Positions 48,245 to 51,349 of a stretch of DNA of 51,349 bases are shown here, piece after piece. The stretch lies in contig DASSIB010000026.1 of NCBI GenBank assembly GCA_035692365.1, forward strand, positions 1 through 51,349. The letters run 5' to 3'. This DNA comes from Candidatus Limnocylindria bacterium. Lineage in GTDB: Bacteria > Chloroflexota > Limnocylindria > QHBO01. How positions within the stretch are numbered: position 1 is the first letter of the stretch; every line of letters starts with the position of its first letter. The translations under genes were made by a program, and so were the position numbers. The notes beneath the pieces were generated by a model that made no database searches, was not told where the DNA came from, and worked only from the letters and a program-made list of their open reading frames with translations.

Positions 48245-49009
48245 GTGCATTCCACGTCACCGACGGCACGTTCGTCCTTCGGATGGCCAGACGGCGAGCC
48301 ATACGAAGATCACCCACGCGGAACCCTCAAATCCGGCAAGGAGGCCGAGATCTTCCTGGTGGAGCGTCGCTACGCCAGCGGGGCGCGCCTGCTCGCGCAC
48401 AAGCGATACCGGCCGCGCTACCCGCGCAAGGGTCAGCTACGCGCCGAGGGCTTCTCGAACTCGACGTCCTACCGCGGCGACTCGATCTACAAGGCCGGCT
48501 GGTTCCTGCCCACCCGCGACAAGAAGGCGGTGATGGGTGGCAGCCGATACGGGCATGAGCTCGCGTTCCGGCTCTGGCCGATGCAGGAGTGGACGATGCT
48601 TCGCCGCGCCTGGGAGGCCGGCGCATCGGTCCCGTACCCGGTGGAGCAGACCGAGCATGGGCTGCTGATGGAGTTCATCGGCGATGACTCGCGGGCGGCA
48701 CCCAAGCTGGGGCAGGCCCGGCTGTCGCCGGTCGAGCTGTCATCGGCGTGGGATCAGCTGCTCGTCAGCCTGCGAGCGTTGACCGCCGCCGGGCTGGTGC
48801 ACGCCGATCTATCGGCCTACAACCTGCTCTGGTGGGAGCAACGGCTGGTGCTCATCGACCTGCCACAGGCGGTCGAGTTCACCACGAATACCGATGCCTA
48901 CGACCTGCTGCACCGGGACCTCGCCAATGTCGGCGAGTGGTTCAACCGGCATGGCGCGGCGGTTGACGTGGAGGCTGTCTACGCGGAGCTGCTGGCGCTG
49001 GCCTGGTGA
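48245..49009 (+). CDS. RIO-type atypical serine protein kinase
   Basis: ATP-binding SGKEAEIFLV, catalytic loop HADLSAYNLLW, and metal-binding LIDLPQAVE. Start at GTG 48245, with AGGAG 9 nt upstream. Confidence 0.85.
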   Translation: MHSTSPTARSSFGWPDGEPYEDHPRGTLKSGKEAEIFLVERRYASGARLLAHKRYRPRYPRKGQLRAEGFSNSTSYRGDSIYKAGWFLPTRDKKAVMGGSRYGHELAFRLWPMQEWTMLRRAWEAGASVPYPVEQTEHGLLMEFIGDDSRAAPKLGQARLSPVELSSAWDQLLVSLRALTAAGLVHADLSAYNLLWWEQRLVLIDLPQAVEFTTNTDAYDLLHRDLANVGEWFNRHGAAVDVEAVYAELLALAW

Positions 49010-49037
49010 ATGTTTCGTCAGGCTTCAAGCGCCTGTG

Positions 49038-49115
49038 GTCAGCCGAGGTTTCCAGTCAACCAGAGAATGAGCAGGATCAGCAGGATCAGGCCGACGAGTC
49101 CACCGCCGATGTACA
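49038..49115 (-). CDS. candidate 25-aa hydrophobic peptide MYIGGGLVGLILLILLILWLTGNLG (absent from ORF track)
   Basis: ATG at 49113-49115 is preceded by GAGGAGAG with a spacer of about 7 nt. One predicted TM helix. TGA at 49038-49040. It lies in a lower-GC 215-bp gap between the RIO kinase and MFS genes. Confidence 0.5.
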
Positions 49116-49224
49116 TGAGTCGCTCTCCTCGCTTCCGGATGGGGCTTTCAGCCTATTTCTGGTGCGGCCTGAATAACCTGTCCAACTGGCCGGCAGGCAT
49201 ATCAGAACCATCACAGGGCGAGTG

Positions 49225-50460
49225 TCAGGCGGTCTGCAGCTGATCGATGGATCGCAGCTTCCTCACGCCGACGAGCAGGTACGGGGCACTCCCGACCAGG
49301 AGCCCGACCCCGCTGGCTACGAAGGCCGCGCGGAGGCCCAAGCCCTCTGCGATCAGGCCACCCACGGCCGTCCCGGCCGGCAACGCGCCGAAGATCACCA
49401 ACCGTGTCACCGCCGCAACCCTGGCGCGGAGGCGGTCGGGGATGAGGATCTGTCGCACGGTGACCTGGTTCACGTTGTTGATGGCGATGCCGAAGCTGTG
49501 CGCGAAGAGCATGAAGGTGAAGGCCGGGCCCGCCCAGGCGACCGGTGCAAGGGCGAAGGCCAGCATCGACGGACCGAAGAGGCCGACGCCCAGCTGCATC
49601 GTCACTCCCATTCCCATCCGCCGGCTGAGCCCGCGGGCAACCAGCGCCCCCAGGACGAAGCCCGAGTTGCCGACGGCGAAGCCGATCCCGATCGCGGCCG
49701 CCGACAGGTCCGCCGCGTTGACCAGGTAGAGGACGGCGACTGCCATGGCGATCGAGCGGGTGAAGTTGTTGATTCCTGCGGTGGCGGTGATGGCACGCAC
49801 CAACGGCTGGCCTGCAATGAAGCGCAACCCCGCGCCAAGCTCATCCCGCATGCGACCCCTTGCCTCCGGGGCAGGCCAGCTCGGCTCGGCCCGCCGCACC
49901 GACCCGATCAGGATCGCGGAGCCCACGAAGGTTGCGGCATCGCCGAGCAGCGCCATCGGCGCCGACATGGCGGATACCAGCGCACCGCCAACCGCCGGGC
50001 CGCCAACCGCTGAGGCCGACCTCGCCAGCTCGATCTGGGCATTCGCTCGGTGGAGCTCGTCACGAGCGAGGAGGCGCGGAATCCACCCGGCGAAGGCGAG
50101 GTCGAAGAGGGTGCCGCCGACGCTGACGGAGAAGGCGATCAATGCGAGGACGGGCAGCGATAGGATCCCGAGGATGGCGGCGATGGGAACGAGCGCGAGC
50201 AGCAGCGCCCGGCCGAGGTCTCCGGCAATCAGGATCGGCCACCTCCTGGCCCGACGATCGACCCACACCCCGGCCGGAATACTGAGGAGCAGGATCGGTG
50301 CTGCCTGGGCAACGCCGATGAGGGCCAGTCCGGCGGGCGAGGCGTCCAGGACGAGGACAGCGGTGAGAGGCAGCGCGACCGTGGTGATGGCGTCGCCGAA
50401 GCGGGTCACGCCTTCCGCCAGGACGATGCGCATGACCGAGGAGCGGGCGCCGGTGGGCAT
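49225..50460 (-). CDS. MFS transporter
   Basis: Multi-TM protein. Start taken at the internal ATG (MPTGARSS). The start is uncertain. Confidence 0.85.
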   Translation of the reverse strand: MPTGARSSVMRIVLAEGVTRFGDAITTVALPLTAVLVLDASPAGLALIGVAQAAPILLLSIPAGVWVDRRARRWPILIAGDLGRALLLALVPIAAILGILSLPVLALIAFSVSVGGTLFDLAFAGWIPRLLARDELHRANAQIELARSASAVGGPAVGGALVSAMSAPMALLGDAATFVGSAILIGSVRRAEPSWPAPEARGRMRDELGAGLRFIAGQPLVRAITATAGINNFTRSIAMAVAVLYLVNAADLSAAAIGIGFAVGNSGFVLGALVARGLSRRMGMGVTMQLGVGLFGPSMLAFALAPVAWAGPAFTFMLFAHSFGIAINNVNQVTVRQILIPDRLRARVAAVTRLVIFGALPAGTAVGGLIAEGLGLRAAFVASGVGLLVGSAPYLLVGVRKLRSIDQLQTA

Positions 50461-50468
50461 GGCTAGAA

Positions 50469-50484
50469 TGTAACCGTGGTTACA
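50469..50484. promoter_or_regulatory. inverted repeat TGTAACC-GT-GGTTACA between divergent MFS and ChrB-like genes
   Basis: 7-bp perfect arms with a 2-nt spacer, read directly from the sequence. It sits in or at the edge of the 15-bp gap between the two divergent start codons. Confidence 0.45.
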
Positions 50485-50961
50485 GATCAGGGCAAGCGAC
50501 AGCCGCGCGAATGGGTGTTCCTTCTCCATCGGCTGCCTCGCGAGCCATCGGCGCCGCGCATCGCTCTCTGGCGGTCGTTACGTCGGCTCGGGGCAGTCCT
50601 TCTGTCGGATGGCCTGGTCGCGCTGCCGGCATCTGCCAGGACGATCGAGCACCTGGAGTGGCTGGCTGCGAGCATCGATGAGCAGGGCGGGGCAGCATCG
50701 GTCTGGGTCGCCCGGCCGACGGCCAGCGACAATGGCCGGCGGATGGCCGATCAGTCGCGCAGCGCGGTCGACCGGGAGTACCTCAACGTGATTCGACAGG
50801 CCGAGGCGATTGGCTTTCCGAGCGGTGACGCCGCCCGAACGTTGCGGCGGTTGCGCGGCGAGCTTCGGCGCATCGCAACCCGGGACTTCTTCGGCGCCCC
50901 ATCGGCAAGGCAGGCTCGAGAGGCGGTCGAGAGCCTGACGAAGGAGGTAGCCACGGCATGA
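50476..50961 (+). CDS. ChrB N-terminal-domain-like protein
   Basis: WVFLLHRLPREPSAPRIALWRSLRRLGAVLLSDGLVALP resembles the ChrB N-terminal domain. Start is GTG 50476 or GTG 50515. Confidence 0.75.
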   Translation: MVTDQGKRQPREWVFLLHRLPREPSAPRIALWRSLRRLGAVLLSDGLVALPASARTIEHLEWLAASIDEQGGAASVWVARPTASDNGRRMADQSRSAVDREYLNVIRQAEAIGFPSGDAARTLRRLRGELRRIATRDFFGAPSARQAREAVESLTKEVATA

Positions 50962-51349
50962 GATGGGTTACGCGGGCCGGATGCCACGTCGATCGCACGG
51001 CATGCGCCTGGTTGATCCGGAGGTTCATCGATCGCGAGGCAGCGTTCACCTTCGTTGCCGACGCCTCAACGCTGCCGGCTGACGCGATTCCCTTCGACAT
51101 CGCCGGTCACCCGTTCAGCCACCACGACGGAATGAGCACCTTCGAGGTGATGGTGCAGCACCACGGGCTTGCTGGTCCGGCCCTCGCCTCGCTCGGGCGG
51201 ATCGTGCACGAGGCCGACATCGAGGACGAATGCTACGACGCGCCAGAGGCGGCGGGACTGGATGCGGTAGTGCGCGGCATGGGGATGCTGATGGACGACC
51301 ATGCGCTGCTGGAGGCCACCGCCGTCATCTATGACGGCCTCATGGCGCA
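50958..51349 (+). CDS. ChrB C-terminal (chromate-resistance) domain protein, 3' end truncated by the window
   Basis: The ATG overlaps the previous stop (ATGA at 50958-50961). RAGCHVDRTACAWLIRRFIDREAAF matches the Chrome_Resist-type domain. The ORF runs open to the window end. Confidence 0.75.
   Translation, partial: MRWVTRAGCHVDRTACAWLIRRFIDREAAFTFVADASTLPADAIPFDIAGHPFSHHDGMSTFEVMVQHHGLAGPALASLGRIVHEADIEDECYDAPEAAGLDAVVRGMGMLMDDHALLEATAVIYDGLMA

Noticed and set aside
49010-49243. A 77-aa plus-strand ORF in the gap between the RIO kinase and MFS genes.
   Set aside because: It has no SD, an odd composition and lower GC3. The minus-strand 25-codon ORF with a strong SD explains the region better.

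Overview
This is a very GC-rich chromosomal segment (third codon positions are almost all G/C). It is densely packed with about 50 protein-coding genes, many joined by ATGA/GTGA start-stop overlaps. Gene content (treS-mak, PspC-type sensor kinase, CebR-like sugar locus with a separate MsiK-like ATPase, several apparently leaderless genes) fits a high-GC Actinomycetota-like or related soil bacterium, but I cannot confirm this without a search. By eye I found no rRNA, tRNA, CRISPR array, transposase, integrase or prophage genes. Blocks from left to right: (1) CPBP protease, HAD hydrolase, moaA. (2) A 1175-aa zinc-ribbon / class III adenylate cyclase / STAND ATPase / TPR protein. (3) A six-gene translationally coupled operon: methyltransferase, geranylgeranyl-reductase-family flavoprotein, SRPBCC protein, orphan FabF-type ketosynthase, FMO-like flavoprotein, XdhC. 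(4) A proline-racemase-family gene with a Ser/Cys catalytic pair. (5) A cellobiose-type locus: GH94 phosphorylase, LacI regulator, substrate-binding protein, two permeases, and a convergent ATPase. (6) treS-mak. (7) An FMN reductase and an SDR gene flanking a 47-bp symmetric element. (8) An ArsR-headed operon with two DsrE/TusA pairs, an SQR-like flavoprotein and a P-type ATPase. (9) A RanBP2-type zinc-finger membrane protein. (10) A NifJ-type pyruvate:ferredoxin oxidoreductase split in two, with a CBS-pair gene between the halves. (11) A Fur-family regulator with a metal ABC importer. (12) A PspC-kinase/LuxR regulator pair facing a PspC-LiaF / small membrane protein / ABC operon. (13) An MFS transporter, a bacterial RIO kinase, a 25-codon hydrophobic ORF missing from the ORF track, a second MFS transporter, and a split ChrB. 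The strongest novelty candidates are the orphan-ketosynthase operon, the sulfur-relay operon ending in a P-type ATPase, and the CBS-interrupted split PFOR. All functional assignments come from motif recognition by eye; no database search was run.
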